NCBI GenBank assembly: GCA_046047315.1
Contig: JBJOID010000178.1
Coordinates: 1-52,792, forward strand
Source of the DNA: Candidatus Hydrogenedentota bacterium
Lineage (GTDB): Bacteria > Hydrogenedentota > Hydrogenedentia > Hydrogenedentales > JAEUWI01
DNA: 52,792 nucleotides
Reading direction: 5' to 3'
The position numbers and the translations under genes were made by a program. The notes under the pieces were generated by a model. That model worked only from the letters and a program-made list of their open reading frames with translations. It was not told the origin of the DNA and did no database searches. The stretch's first letter is position 1. The number at the start of each line of letters is the position of its first letter. Positions 8,845-17,103 of this stretch are shown here, piece by piece.

Positions 8845-9435
8845 TCAGGAGTGCGCGGACTCGAAGGCCGATATCTTGTCCTCGAATCGAAGGGTGAGGC
8901 CAATCTGATCCCAGCCATTGAGCAGGCGCTCCTTGAGGAAGGGGTCGAGCTCGAAGGCGATCTTCTCACCGCTCGGGCGGATGATGGTCTGGCTGGGAAG
9001 ATCGACCTCGAGCTGATAACCCTCGTTGGCACGGCACTCCGCGATGAGCGACAACACCACATCCTGCGGCAGCACGATGGGCAGCATGCCGTTGTTGAAG
9101 CAGTTGTTGTAGAAGATGTCCGCAAAGCTGGGCGCGATAATGCAGCGGAAACCATAGTTGTCCAAGGCCCACGGCGCATGCTCGCGGCTGGAGCCGCAGC
9201 CGAAGTTGTCGAGCGCAAGAAGGATGCTCGCACCCTGGTAACGCGGTGCGTTCAACTCGAAGTCGGGATTCGGCGTCACGCCGTCATCGAGGTAGCGCCA
9301 GTCAAAGAACAGCATCCCTTCGTATCCCGTGCGCTCGATGCGCTTGAGGAACTGCTTGGGGATGATCTGATCCGTGTCCACATTCTGCGCTTCCAACGGC
9401 GCAACGATTCCCTTGAGTGTCGTGAATTTCTGCAT
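8845..9435 (-). CDS. leuD: 3-isopropylmalate dehydratase small subunit
   Basis: Motifs [27 protein letters not shown] and [13 protein letters not shown]. The start at 9435 is an internal Met of track ORF 8845..9621. Confidence 0.93.
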   Translation of the reverse strand: MQKFTTLKGIVAPLEAQNVDTDQIIPKQFLKRIERTGYEGMLFFDWRYLDDGVTPNPDFELNAPRYQGASILLALDNFGCGSSREHAPWALDNYGFRCIIAPSFADIFYNNCFNNGMLPIVLPQDVVLSLIAECRANEGYQLEVDLPSQTIIRPSGEKIAFELDPFLKERLLNGWDQIGLTLRFEDKISAFESAHS

Positions 9436-9500
9436 GGGGGTATCCTTTTTCTTATTCCTCGTGATACCGCTTTGCGGTGTTATGGGAGGTGACTCATTAA

Positions 9501-10289
9501 TTACAACACTGGGTTCCGGAAGTATAATTGGCCGATTACGGGCCCAAACACTCCAAGCACGGCGCGCGATGCCAAGTTGGTGACAAACCACCCCCCTATT
9601 AGCAACGCGACGCAAAACCAAGCCCCGGTCCCGAAAAGCCTACCGAACATCTTGACTGCAATAATGACCGACCACAACCCGAATCCCATCGCTACAAGCG
9701 GTGCGAAATAAGTGACGTCTCGCTCTAGCAGAGACGTGGATGACATTAGCAAGGCGGGCATCATAAGAAACGGGACGAAGAATTGAGAGGTAGCAGAGTT
9801 GGACAAATCAAACGATGAGCCTTGTACATCATAGGTAAGGAGATCGAAGAATAGGACGGGAAGTACTGGAACATAACTCCAGAGTACGGCCGCGCGCGTT
9901 GCATGCCACGCCTTACCATTGATTCCCTTGCTGCCAAACAGTGAAACGAAAAAGGCAAGCGCGAGAATGTAAACATAAAAATAAATTGCCGCGAACAGGA
10001 GCAATCCGTAATTAATGCTTTGTCCATCGAGGACGAGAGTCGAGGAGTACCATCCGACTGATTGGTAGCCAACTGTCAACGCTAATGGCAAACCGACCCA
10101 CAACGCTAAGGAGCCTAATTGATAGGGATCCTTGTAGCCACCCGACTCCTTGCGAACCAGGAAATGGCTCATAACATTGTCGGGATATAACCAGATATCA
10201 ACGACCGGAAAAACGCGCCGTTTCGCAGCCGCCGTCGGCGGCTGTGCTCTTTCGATGCCAGTCGGTTTCTCTGCTTCTTCATTCGACAT
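9501..10289 (-). CDS. Polytopic membrane protein, about 6 TM (Yip1-like by eye; uncertain)
   Basis: 262 codons from the ATG at 10289, preceded by GGGAGGTGG. Multiple long hydrophobic segments. Visibly lower GC than leuD and leuC. Lies inside the leuC-leuD gap. Confidence 0.65.
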   Translation of the reverse strand: MSNEEAEKPTGIERAQPPTAAAKRRVFPVVDIWLYPDNVMSHFLVRKESGGYKDPYQLGSLALWVGLPLALTVGYQSVGWYSSTLVLDGQSINYGLLLFAAIYFYVYILALAFFVSLFGSKGINGKAWHATRAAVLWSYVPVLPVLFFDLLTYDVQGSSFDLSNSATSQFFVPFLMMPALLMSSTSLLERDVTYFAPLVAMGFGLWSVIIAVKMFGRLFGTGAWFCVALLIGGWFVTNLASRAVLGVFGPVIGQLYFRNPVL

Positions 10290-10526
10290 TGAATATCCAC
10301 CTCCCTCGCAACACCGCCTTGCGGTTTTACGAATACGTATCGCGGTGCGGAGTGGTCGTTTTGTGTCGCCCCTACAGGGCTTGTTCTTCTCCAGACCTGG
10401 GGTTCCGCTCCGCTTCACCCCAGGCTAAGGTGTGCCGCGCCTTTGGCGTTCGGGATTTCAGGTCTTGCAATACACATTGGTGTTGTCTCCTTGTAGGAGA
10501 TGACGCCTCCGGCGGCCTGTCTCCAC

Positions 10527-10892
10527 TCATTCTATCGGCAGGATGCGCACGCGCATCTTGCTCTCATCCAGTGTAATCAATGCACCCGAGTCAATGGCTC
10601 CTTGGTGTTGTCGAATTACGCGCACGACCAATGGCGCAAGGCGATCCGGCATGACGTCTTGGGTTCGAACTTGTACGACGCTGGGAGCGGAACCATGAGA
10701 ACTGGCTAGCAAGGCGCCGAAATCCAAGTCATGCGTGAAGACCACGAACCCGTTCGACTTTGCCCATTCCAGGATCGTGGCATCGGTGGCGCCGGGAGCG
10801 CCAACGGATGACCAATGCTCTGCCTCTAATCCAGCATCCCGCAATGGGATTACCCATTGGGGAGAAAGATTCATGTCAATCAGTATACGCAT
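10527..10892 (-). CDS. DUF5615-family PIN-like putative toxin (partner of DUF433)
   Basis: Motifs MRILIDMNLSPQW, ATDATILEWAK, FVVFTHDLDF. The start lies 2 nt after the stop of the DUF433 gene. Confidence 0.8.
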   Translation of the reverse strand: MRILIDMNLSPQWVIPLRDAGLEAEHWSSVGAPGATDATILEWAKSNGFVVFTHDLDFGALLASSHGSAPSVVQVRTQDVMPDRLAPLVVRVIRQHQGAIDSGALITLDESKMRVRILPIE

Positions 10893-10894
10893 GG

Positions 10895-11131
10895 TCAGTG
10901 GGCAGACAGCGGGACTTCGAGCTCTTCAACGCGCCATGCCGCGTAAGCGAGGGACTCGGCAATGTCTTCGGGCTCGAGATATGGGTAGGCTGCAAGTATG
11001 GCCTTGCTATCGTGTCCGGACGCCATCAACCCGATGACGGTGCCCACGGTAACGCGCATGCCCCGGATGCAAGGCTTGCCGCCCATCACTTCGGGATTGA
11101 ACGTGATTCGCTGTAATTCGTTTATCGCCAT
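10895..11131 (-). CDS. DUF433-family putative antitoxin
   Basis: Signature PEVMGGKPCIRGMRVTV, and PEDIAESLAYAA near the C-terminus. GGAGG lies 8 nt upstream of the ATG at 11131. Confidence 0.8.
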   Translation of the reverse strand: MAINELQRITFNPEVMGGKPCIRGMRVTVGTVIGLMASGHDSKAILAAYPYLEPEDIAESLAYAAWRVEELEVPLSAH

Positions 11132-11175
11132 GGCCAATACCTCCAAGAATTATTCCGTGAAACCGCGGCGCGGAG

Positions 11176-11493
11176 TCATGAGTTTGTTGGTTGATCTGCC
11201 TCCAATTCTTTTCTGACGTCCCGCTCCCTAACCCGACCGACGATCTGATTCAGGTAGTCACGCACACCTTCCAGGGGCACTGTCGTGCCTTCCCCGCGAT
11301 CCAACGAATCGAAGGCATCCTTCGCGATCATCCGCAGCCGCTCCAATTTCAGCCGGTCTTCCTCGTGGCGCTGTTCGAGCAGGCGCAGCGCATCGCGCAC
11401 GACTTCGCTGGCGTTGTTGTAGCTGCCTTGTTCGACGACCTGCTGGATGAACGCGCTCTGGTGCTCAGTCAGATTTACGTTTTGCGTTGGCAT
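11176..11493 (-). CDS. parD: ParD/CopG-type ribbon-helix-helix antitoxin-like protein
   Basis: Matches the ParD (COG3609) pattern: MPTQNVNLTEHQSAFIQQVVEQGSYNNASEVVRDALRLLEQR. GGAGG lies upstream of the ATG at 11493. No ParE-like gene follows. Confidence 0.8.
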   Translation of the reverse strand: MPTQNVNLTEHQSAFIQQVVEQGSYNNASEVVRDALRLLEQRHEEDRLKLERLRMIAKDAFDSLDRGEGTTVPLEGVRDYLNQIVGRVRERDVRKELEADQPTNS

Positions 11494-11549
11494 CGGGGAT
11501 ACCTCCTTCGAGGTGTAGTATCCTTCTGGTTGGCAAACTCTGTCAATCC

Positions 11550-12959
11550 CTAATTCCTGAACTCCCAATTCCTTATATCCACAAAGTGGCCCTTGATCGC
11601 GGCGGCGACGGCCATGGCGGGGCTGACGAGGTGGGTGCGGCCACCCTTGCCCTGGCGTCCTTCGAAGTTGCGGTTGCTAGTGCTGGCGCAGCGGTCGCCA
11701 GGGTTGAGCTTGTCGTCGTTCATGGCGAGGCACATGGAGCAGCCCGCCTCGCGCCATTCGAAGCCCGCTTCCTTGAAGATCTGGTCGAGCCCTTCGGCCT
11801 CGGCCTGCTGCTTCACCAGGTGGCTACCGGGCACCACGATGGCCTGCTCAATGGTTGGGTTCACCTTGTGCCCCTTGACCACCTTGGCGGCGGCGCGGAT
11901 GTCTTCGATGCGACCGTTGGTGCAGGAGCCGAAGAACATCTTGTTGATGGTGATGTCCTGAATCGGCTGCCCTTCTTCGAGGCCCATGTATTCAAGGGCG
12001 CTCTTGAAGGTCTTGCGCTCGCTGTCGTCGTGCGCTTCGTCGAGCTTGGGCGTGCGGCCGCTCACTCCCGTCACCATGCCGGGGCTGGTGCCCCAGGTCA
12101 CCTGCGGCTCGATCTCGCTGGCCTTGAGGATGACGGTGGTGTCATAGGTGCAGCCGGGATCGCTGGCGAAGGACTTCCACTTTTCGACAAGCGCGTCGTA
12201 GTCCTTGTCCTTCAAGTAGGGACGGCCCTTGAGGTATTCGAAGGTCTTCTCGTCGGGCGAGATGAGGCCCGCGCGCGCGCCCCCCTCGATGCTCATGTTG
12301 CAGACCGTCATGCGGCCTTCCATGCTGAGCCCGCGAATCGCCTCGCCGGTGTACTCGATGACATAGCCGGTGCCGCCGGCGGTGCCGATCTTGCCGATGA
12401 TGGCGAGGATGATGTCCTTCGCAGTGATGCCGTGGGGAAGCTCGCCCTCGACGCGTACTTCCATCGTCTTGGCGCGCGACTGGAGGAGCGTCTGCGTGGC
12501 GAGCACGTGCTCCACCTCGCTGGTGCCGATGCCGAAGGCAAGCGCGCCGAAGGCGCCGTGCGTCGAGGTGTGCGAATCGCCACACACAATCGTCATGCCC
12601 GGCTCGGTGAGGCCTTGCTCCGGTCCCATCACGTGCACGATGCCGTTGCGCTTGTCACACATGTCGAAACATGTGACGCCGAACTCCGCGCAGTTCGCCT
12701 TGAGCGTTTCCACCTGCTGCTTGGAAAGCGGATCGCTAATCGGCAAGCTGCGGTCGGTGGTGGGAATGTTGTGGTCCATCGTCGCAAAGGTCAGCTCCGG
12801 ACGGCGCACAGTGCGGCCCGTAAGGCGCAACCCCTCGAAGGCCTGTGGCGACGTCACCTCATGCACGAAGTGCCGATCGATGTAGATGATCGGGGACTCG
12901 CCCGCGGGTTCGTGCACCAAGTGCGCTTCATAGATCTTCTGGTAAATGTTCTTGGCCAT
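11550..12959 (-). CDS. leuC: 3-isopropylmalate dehydratase large subunit
   Basis: Aconitase-family motifs: [44 protein letters not shown], and CSMCLAMN cluster ligands. Start at 12959 (or 12962). Confidence 0.94.
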   Translation of the reverse strand: MAKNIYQKIYEAHLVHEPAGESPIIYIDRHFVHEVTSPQAFEGLRLTGRTVRRPELTFATMDHNIPTTDRSLPISDPLSKQQVETLKANCAEFGVTCFDMCDKRNGIVHVMGPEQGLTEPGMTIVCGDSHTSTHGAFGALAFGIGTSEVEHVLATQTLLQSRAKTMEVRVEGELPHGITAKDIILAIIGKIGTAGGTGYVIEYTGEAIRGLSMEGRMTVCNMSIEGGARAGLISPDEKTFEYLKGRPYLKDKDYDALVEKWKSFASDPGCTYDTTVILKASEIEPQVTWGTSPGMVTGVSGRTPKLDEAHDDSERKTFKSALEYMGLEEGQPIQDITINKMFFGSCTNGRIEDIRAAAKVVKGHKVNPTIEQAIVVPGSHLVKQQAEAEGLDQIFKEAGFEWREAGCSMCLAMNDDKLNPGDRCASTSNRNFEGRQGKGGRTHLVSPAMAVAAAIKGHFVDIRNWEFRN

Positions 12960-12988
12960 CATTCTTTCTCCGTCTCCAATTAATCTTG

Positions 12989-13063
12989 CACGCAGAGCCA
13001 CAAAGCCGCAGAGAAGACCTAACGTTCAAATAAAATCTCTCTGCGTCTCCGCGACTCTGCGTG
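12989..13063. promoter_or_regulatory. Long compound hairpin built from four CGCAGAG/CTCTGCG heptamers, in the leuC leader / PNPOx 3' region
   Basis: CACGCAGAG (12989-12997) pairs with CTCTGCGTG (13055-13063). CGCAGAGA (13007-13014) pairs with TCTCTGCG (13038-13045). A 9x9 internal loop and an AT-rich apical loop lie between the two helices. Confidence 0.4.
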
Positions 13064-13072
13064 AGTCCTCTT

Positions 13073-13618
13073 CTATTGTTTTCTGGGCCAGCCGGTGGGC
13101 AGGCCGTCTATGCTCGTCAAGTTCTTGTTCTGCCGGTACTCTTCCATCGTATCGCCGCGTTTCTCGGCCCAGTCCACCAGCGTGCCGCGTTCCCCGGCAT
13201 ACATGTAGAGCGGCACGCCGAAACCGCAGGAGGTCTGCGCGCTTTCGATATGTAGCAAGATGATCTGTCGCTGCCCGGGAATGTCCGGGAAGTGGCGATG
13301 GTATTCCGCCCAGCGCGCGTCACCCAGACGAATCACCTCGCCCCGGCCATACATGCGGAAGATGGTCGGTGTCTCATCGAAGCTGCACATCATAATCGTC
13401 AGGCGGCCATTCTGCTCGATGTGCGCGGAAGTCTCGTTGCCGCTGCCGGTCACATCGAGATAGGCCACCGTCGTGTCGTCCAACACCCGGAAGCTGTCCA
13501 TGCCCTTCGGCGATACATTCACCCGCCCCTCCACGGGGGCGCTGCCCGTGAAGAAGATGCGCTGCTGGCCGATGAACGCCTTCAGCTTGTCGTCGAGTGC
13601 TGTGTAAAACTTGGCCAT
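13073..13618 (-). CDS. Pyridoxamine 5'-phosphate oxidase-family (FMN-binding split-barrel) protein
   Basis: 181-aa ORF whose pattern (FFTGSAPVEGRVNVSPKG ... LDVTGSGNETSAHI ... NGRLTIMMCSF) is typical of PNPOx-like proteins. Confidence 0.75.
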   Translation of the reverse strand: MAKFYTALDDKLKAFIGQQRIFFTGSAPVEGRVNVSPKGMDSFRVLDDTTVAYLDVTGSGNETSAHIEQNGRLTIMMCSFDETPTIFRMYGRGEVIRLGDARWAEYHRHFPDIPGQRQIILLHIESAQTSCGFGVPLYMYAGERGTLVDWAEKRGDTMEEYRQNKNLTSIDGLPTGWPRKQ

Positions 13619-13639
13619 GGTTAGTTACCTTGGGTCCTC

Positions 13640-13765
13640 AACATCCCCCGCCCTTCGGGCACCCCCTTCAAAGGGGGACCTTGTAAAACACGAGGCGCCA
13701 CCCCATGTCCCCCTTTGAAGGGGGTGTCTGGCGGCGGTGTTCCCGCCGCAAGACGGGGGATGTTT
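13640..13765. repeat. Interspersed nested-palindrome element, copy B
   Basis: AACATCCCCCGCCCTTCGGGCACCCCCTTCAAAGGGGGA ... CCCTTTGAAGGGGG ... ACGGGGGATGTTT. The termini and inner arms match copy A at 165-304. It fills the gap between the PNPOx-like gene start and the tag stop. Confidence 0.75.
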
Positions 13766-13770
13766 TTCGT

Positions 13771-14352
13771 CTATTTCATCTTTGCGCACTGCTTGTGTCT
13801 AAAGCAGTCCACCGTGTGGTCGTTCACCAGCCCCGCCGCCTGCATGTGGGCGTAGATCACCGTGCTGCCGACGAACTTGAACCCGCGCTTCTTCAAATCC
13901 TTGCTCAGCGCGTCCGACTCCGGGCTGGTGGCGGGCACTTGTTTCATGTGTTCCCATTTGTTGACGATGGGCTTGCCACCCACGAACTGCCAGATGTACT
14001 TGTCGAAGCTACCGAAGTCGTCCTGCACCTTCAAGAAGGCCTTCGCGTTGTTTATCGTAGCCTCTACTTTGAGGCGGTTGCGGATGATGCCGGGGTCGAG
14101 CAAAAGCTTCTCCACCTTCGCCGGGGTATAGCGCGCCACCTTTACAGGGTCGAAGCCATCGAAGGCCTTGCGGTAGTTCTCGCGCTTGTTCAACACCGTG
14201 GCCCAACTCAAGCCGGCCTGTGCGCCTTCGAGAATCAGGAACTCGAAGTGCCGGATCTCGTCGTGCACCGGCACCCCCCACTCTTCGTCATGATAACGAA
14301 CGTAGAGGTCGTTCCCACCGGTCGACCATTGGCATCTTGTTACTGATTTCAT
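13771..14352 (-). CDS. tag: DNA-3-methyladenine glycosylase I
   Basis: Motifs YHDEEWGVP, LILEGAQAGLSW, and the conserved C-terminal HxxxC region (VNDHTVDCF). Confidence 0.92.
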   Translation of the reverse strand: MKSVTRCQWSTGGNDLYVRYHDEEWGVPVHDEIRHFEFLILEGAQAGLSWATVLNKRENYRKAFDGFDPVKVARYTPAKVEKLLLDPGIIRNRLKVEATINNAKAFLKVQDDFGSFDKYIWQFVGGKPIVNKWEHMKQVPATSPESDALSKDLKKRGFKFVGSTVIYAHMQAAGLVNDHTVDCFRHKQCAKMK

Positions 14353-14445
14353 TCATGTGTTCCTGGGAGGGACACCGTCCCCGGTGCCCGAGTTCGCCGT
14401 CAATACTTCAGGTCCCCGAGGAAGGGGACCCTCCCAAAGCATCAA

Positions 14446-15066
14446 TCAAGCATTATACTTTCGCAACAGATCATTCAGCGCTTCGCGCAGCAGCACGGCC
14501 TCGCCGATGCCCTCGCGCTCCGCCAGGCGGCGCAGCCCCAGCAGTTGTCCCTGCTGGTAGTGGCTGGTCTTCGTCACCATCTTCTCCTCCCGCGCCAGGC
14601 ATACCTTGTTGCGGCCATTTACCTTGGCGCGATACAGCGCCTCGGACGCTTTCAATATCAGGTCACGCGACTTCTGTGCGTCGTCCGGCATCGAGGCCAC
14701 CCCCACGCTCACGGTGAACCCGGGCGTGGCGGCGTCCGCATCGAGCGCGGCGCGCAACTGTTCAACCCGCAGGAAAGCCTGCTCCTTCTCCACTCCCGGC
14801 AACAGGATGGCGAAGGCATCGCCGCCGATTCGGAACAGCTGTTCGCCTTCATTCAAGGCGGCGGCCAGTCCCGAGGCCAATGAAGTTAGCGCCCTATCCC
14901 CTTCTTCGCGGCCTTGCTCAGTATTAAAGCGCCCCATCAAGTCCACATCGAAAATGGATACAGAAACGGGTGAGGCATCTACGGGAGCCTCATCGCACAA
15001 AGTCTCCAACGCCGCCTCGAATCTGAGACGGCTGGGAAGGGTATCGGCTGTAACGCTCGACATCAT
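14446..15066 (-). CDS. Stand-alone degenerate GGDEF-domain protein (GGDAF) with RHH-like C-terminal tail
   Basis: GGDEF-fold pattern IFDVDLMGRFNTEQGREEGD ... FRIGGDAFAILL ... VSVGVA ... ALYRAKVNGRNKV. No N-terminal sensor domain. The last 45 aa or so (TKTSHYQQGQLLGLRRLAEREGIGEAVLLREALNDLLRKY) read as strand-helix-helix. Confidence 0.8.
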   Translation of the reverse strand: MMSSVTADTLPSRLRFEAALETLCDEAPVDASPVSVSIFDVDLMGRFNTEQGREEGDRALTSLASGLAAALNEGEQLFRIGGDAFAILLPGVEKEQAFLRVEQLRAALDADAATPGFTVSVGVASMPDDAQKSRDLILKASEALYRAKVNGRNKVCLAREEKMVTKTSHYQQGQLLGLRRLAEREGIGEAVLLREALNDLLRKYNA

Positions 15067-15236
15067 GGTTATTGCAACCTATGTATCAGAACCTATGTAT
15101 ACCATGGTTATGCGTATTGGGTCAAGTGGGTGTGGGTGGACGGGTAATTAGCATGGCAATTGCTTATGTTCATTGGACTTAGAGAGTCACCAAATGATAG
15201 ATTAGCGCGCTTTAAGGACGATTCAGGAGATTTCCA

Positions 15237-16418
15237 ATGCGTGATGTATTGATTCTTGGCGCGAACCGGACGGCGATTGGTAGCCTGGCGGGACAGTTTG
15301 CGGGGACTTCGGTGGCGGAGCTGGGCACGGCCACGGCGCAGGGTGCTTTCGACCGAACGGGCATCACCCCGGACCAATTGGATGAGGTCATCTACGGCAA
15401 CGTGCTTCAGGCGGGACAAGGCCAGAACCCGGCGCGGCAGGTGGCGATGGCGGTGAAAGTGCCCGTGGCGACACCGGCCTTTACCATTAACAAGGTGTGT
15501 GGTTCGGGCATGAAGGTGCTCGACCTGGCGTGGCAGGCCATCCAGTTGGAGCGCGCGAACATCGTGCTGACGGGGGGCATCGAGAACATGACGCAGGCCC
15601 CGTACCTCCTCCCTGCCATGCGGGCGGGGGCCCGGCTTGGCGACAGCAAGTGTGTGGACAGCCTGACCTCCGACGGCCTGACGGATGTGTTCAACCAGTA
15701 CCACATGGGCATCACGGCGGAGAACGTCGCGGAGAAGTACGGCATTACCCGGGAAGAGCAGGATGCCTTCGCGGCCGAGAGCCAGCGCCGCGCGGGCGAG
15801 GCCACGGCGGCGGGTCGCTTCAAGGAGGAAATCACAGCGGTTTCCGTGAAGCAGCGCAAGGGCGATGTGCTTATCGATACCGACGAATACATCCGCGCGG
15901 AGACGACGGTGGAATCGCTGGCCAAGCTGCGCCCGGCCTTCAAGAAGGATGGCACGGTGACGGCGGGCAATGCCTCGGGCATCAATGATGGCGGCGCTTC
16001 GATGCTCGTTGTGGCTGCGGACGCCGTGCCCGCTGGCGCGAACACGGACGGCGCGGTCTACCTGCGCGATGTACGCGCGCATGGCTGCTGTCCCTCCACC
16101 ATGGGCCTCGGCCCCATCGGGGCGGTGAAGTTGCTGCTGGAGAAGAACGGGCTCAGCGTGGCAGATATCGACTTGTGGGAATCGAACGAAGCCTTTGCCG
16201 TGCAGTCGCTCGCGGTGTCTAAGGAACTTGGCCTTGACCCGGCCAAGGTGAACGTGAACGGCGGGGCCATCGCGGTGGGCCATCCCATCGGGTGCAGCGG
16301 CGCGCGCATCGTGACCACCCTCATCCACGAAATGAACCGACGTGGCGCGCGTTACGGCGTGGCCACCATGTGCATCGGCGGGGGAATGGGTATCGCCTCC
16401 CTGTTGGAACGCAAGTAA
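15237..16418 (+). CDS. Acetyl-CoA C-acetyltransferase (thiolase II)
   Basis: Motifs NKVCGSGMK (active Cys), [14 protein letters not shown] and [13 protein letters not shown] lies upstream of the ATG. Confidence 0.93.
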   Translation: MRDVLILGANRTAIGSLAGQFAGTSVAELGTATAQGAFDRTGITPDQLDEVIYGNVLQAGQGQNPARQVAMAVKVPVATPAFTINKVCGSGMKVLDLAWQAIQLERANIVLTGGIENMTQAPYLLPAMRAGARLGDSKCVDSLTSDGLTDVFNQYHMGITAENVAEKYGITREEQDAFAAESQRRAGEATAAGRFKEEITAVSVKQRKGDVLIDTDEYIRAETTVESLAKLRPAFKKDGTVTAGNASGINDGGASMLVVAADAVPAGANTDGAVYLRDVRAHGCCPSTMGLGPIGAVKLLLEKNGLSVADIDLWESNEAFAVQSLAVSKELGLDPAKVNVNGGAIAVGHPIGCSGARIVTTLIHEMNRRGARYGVATMCIGGGMGIASLLERK

Positions 16419-16448
16419 TAACTTGCGATGGGAGATGGACTGTGTTAA

Positions 16449-16458
16449 AACTTAAGTT
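16449..16458. promoter_or_regulatory. Perfect 10-bp palindrome AACTTAAGTT, candidate operator of the AbrB/Doc module
   Basis: Lies about 20 nt upstream of the antitoxin ATG (16478), just before the AGGAG RBS. Confidence 0.35.
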
Positions 16459-16477
16459 ATAACGCAGGAGATTTCCC

Positions 16478-16702
16478 ATGCACAAGATTAAGATCCGCAA
16501 GATTGGCAATTCGCTGGGGGCGATCTTCAACGCCGAGATTGTTTCTCATCTTCATGTTAATGAGGGCGATGAACTCTTCGTATTCCAGGATACGGACGGC
16601 GTACGCATTACTCCTTATGACCCTCAATTCGAGAAGGCCGCGGCAGTATTTGAACAAGGCCGCCGACAGTATAAGGACGCCCTCAGAAAGCTCGGCCAAT
16701 GA
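16478..16702 (+). CDS. AbrB/MazE/SpoVT-family antitoxin (Phd-like partner of Doc)
   Basis: SpoVT-AbrB swapped-hairpin pattern KIKIRKIGNSLGAIF. ATGA overlap with the downstream doc gene. Confidence 0.85.
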   Translation: MHKIKIRKIGNSLGAIFNAEIVSHLHVNEGDELFVFQDTDGVRITPYDPQFEKAAAVFEQGRRQYKDALRKLGQ

Positions 16703-17082
16703 TCTGGTGGCTGGACCAGAGAATCGTGAGGTTCATGCACGACGAGCTTATAGCAGAACATGGTGGCCTGCCCGGTCTCAGGGACGAAGGACTCTTGGAA
16801 TCCGCGCTGGCACGGCCGCAGAACCTTGCGTCGTATCAACCCGATGCAACGCTGGCCCAGCTTGCAGCGTCGGTGGCCTGCGGCATCCTGCGCAACCATC
16901 CCTTTGCGGATGGCAATAAACGGGTTGCCTTGATGTGTGCGTATACCTTCCTCGGCGTTAACGGATGGCGACTGATTGCTCCGCAGGAAGAAGCGCACCT
17001 AATGACGCTGAATGCCGCTTCGGGGGCGCTCAGTGAGGATGGTTATGCCGCTTGGCTTGACCGCTCGATTGAACCCTTTTAA
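16699..17082 (+). CDS. doc: Death-on-curing (Doc) family toxin, Fic fold
   Basis: Fic/Doc motif HPFADGNKRVA, preceded by GLRDEGLLESALARPQ. Confidence 0.9.
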   Translation: MIWWLDQRIVRFMHDELIAEHGGLPGLRDEGLLESALARPQNLASYQPDATLAQLAASVACGILRNHPFADGNKRVALMCAYTFLGVNGWRLIAPQEEAHLMTLNAASGALSEDGYAAWLDRSIEPF

Positions 17083-17103
17083 ACCCTGGAAAGACTTGGA
17101 CCC

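Noticed and set aside
11132-11175. Hidden ParE-type toxin ORF downstream of parD.
   Set aside because: The gap is only 44 nt and contains the RBS of the DUF433 gene. No alternative-frame ORF of useful length overlaps it.
11487-12983. 498-codon plus-strand ORF antisense to leuC. Similar long antisense ORFs occur at 7603..8751, 15108..16328, 21784..23067, 25186..26133, 26578..27957, 39891..40994, 3907..4716 and 13705..14346.
   Set aside because: Each lies exactly opposite a gene with strong family motifs. Their translations are Arg/Ala/Gly/His-rich low-complexity strings, typical of stop-poor antisense frames in high-GC DNA. None shows a recognisable motif or RBS.
12960-13072. Classical leucine leader-peptide attenuator upstream of leuC.
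   Set aside because: No ATG-initiated small ORF and no run of Leu codons occurs on the sense (minus) strand of this gap. Only the heptamer hairpin is present.
14353-14445. Third copy of the palindromic repeat between tag and the GGDAF gene (TGGGAGGG...TCCCC / GGGGACCCTCCCA).
   Set aside because: It forms its own strong hairpin (GGTCCCC-ttcctc-GGGGACC on the minus strand) and probably serves as the terminator of the GGDAF gene. It shares neither the termini nor the TTCAAAGGGGG core of the two repeat copies.
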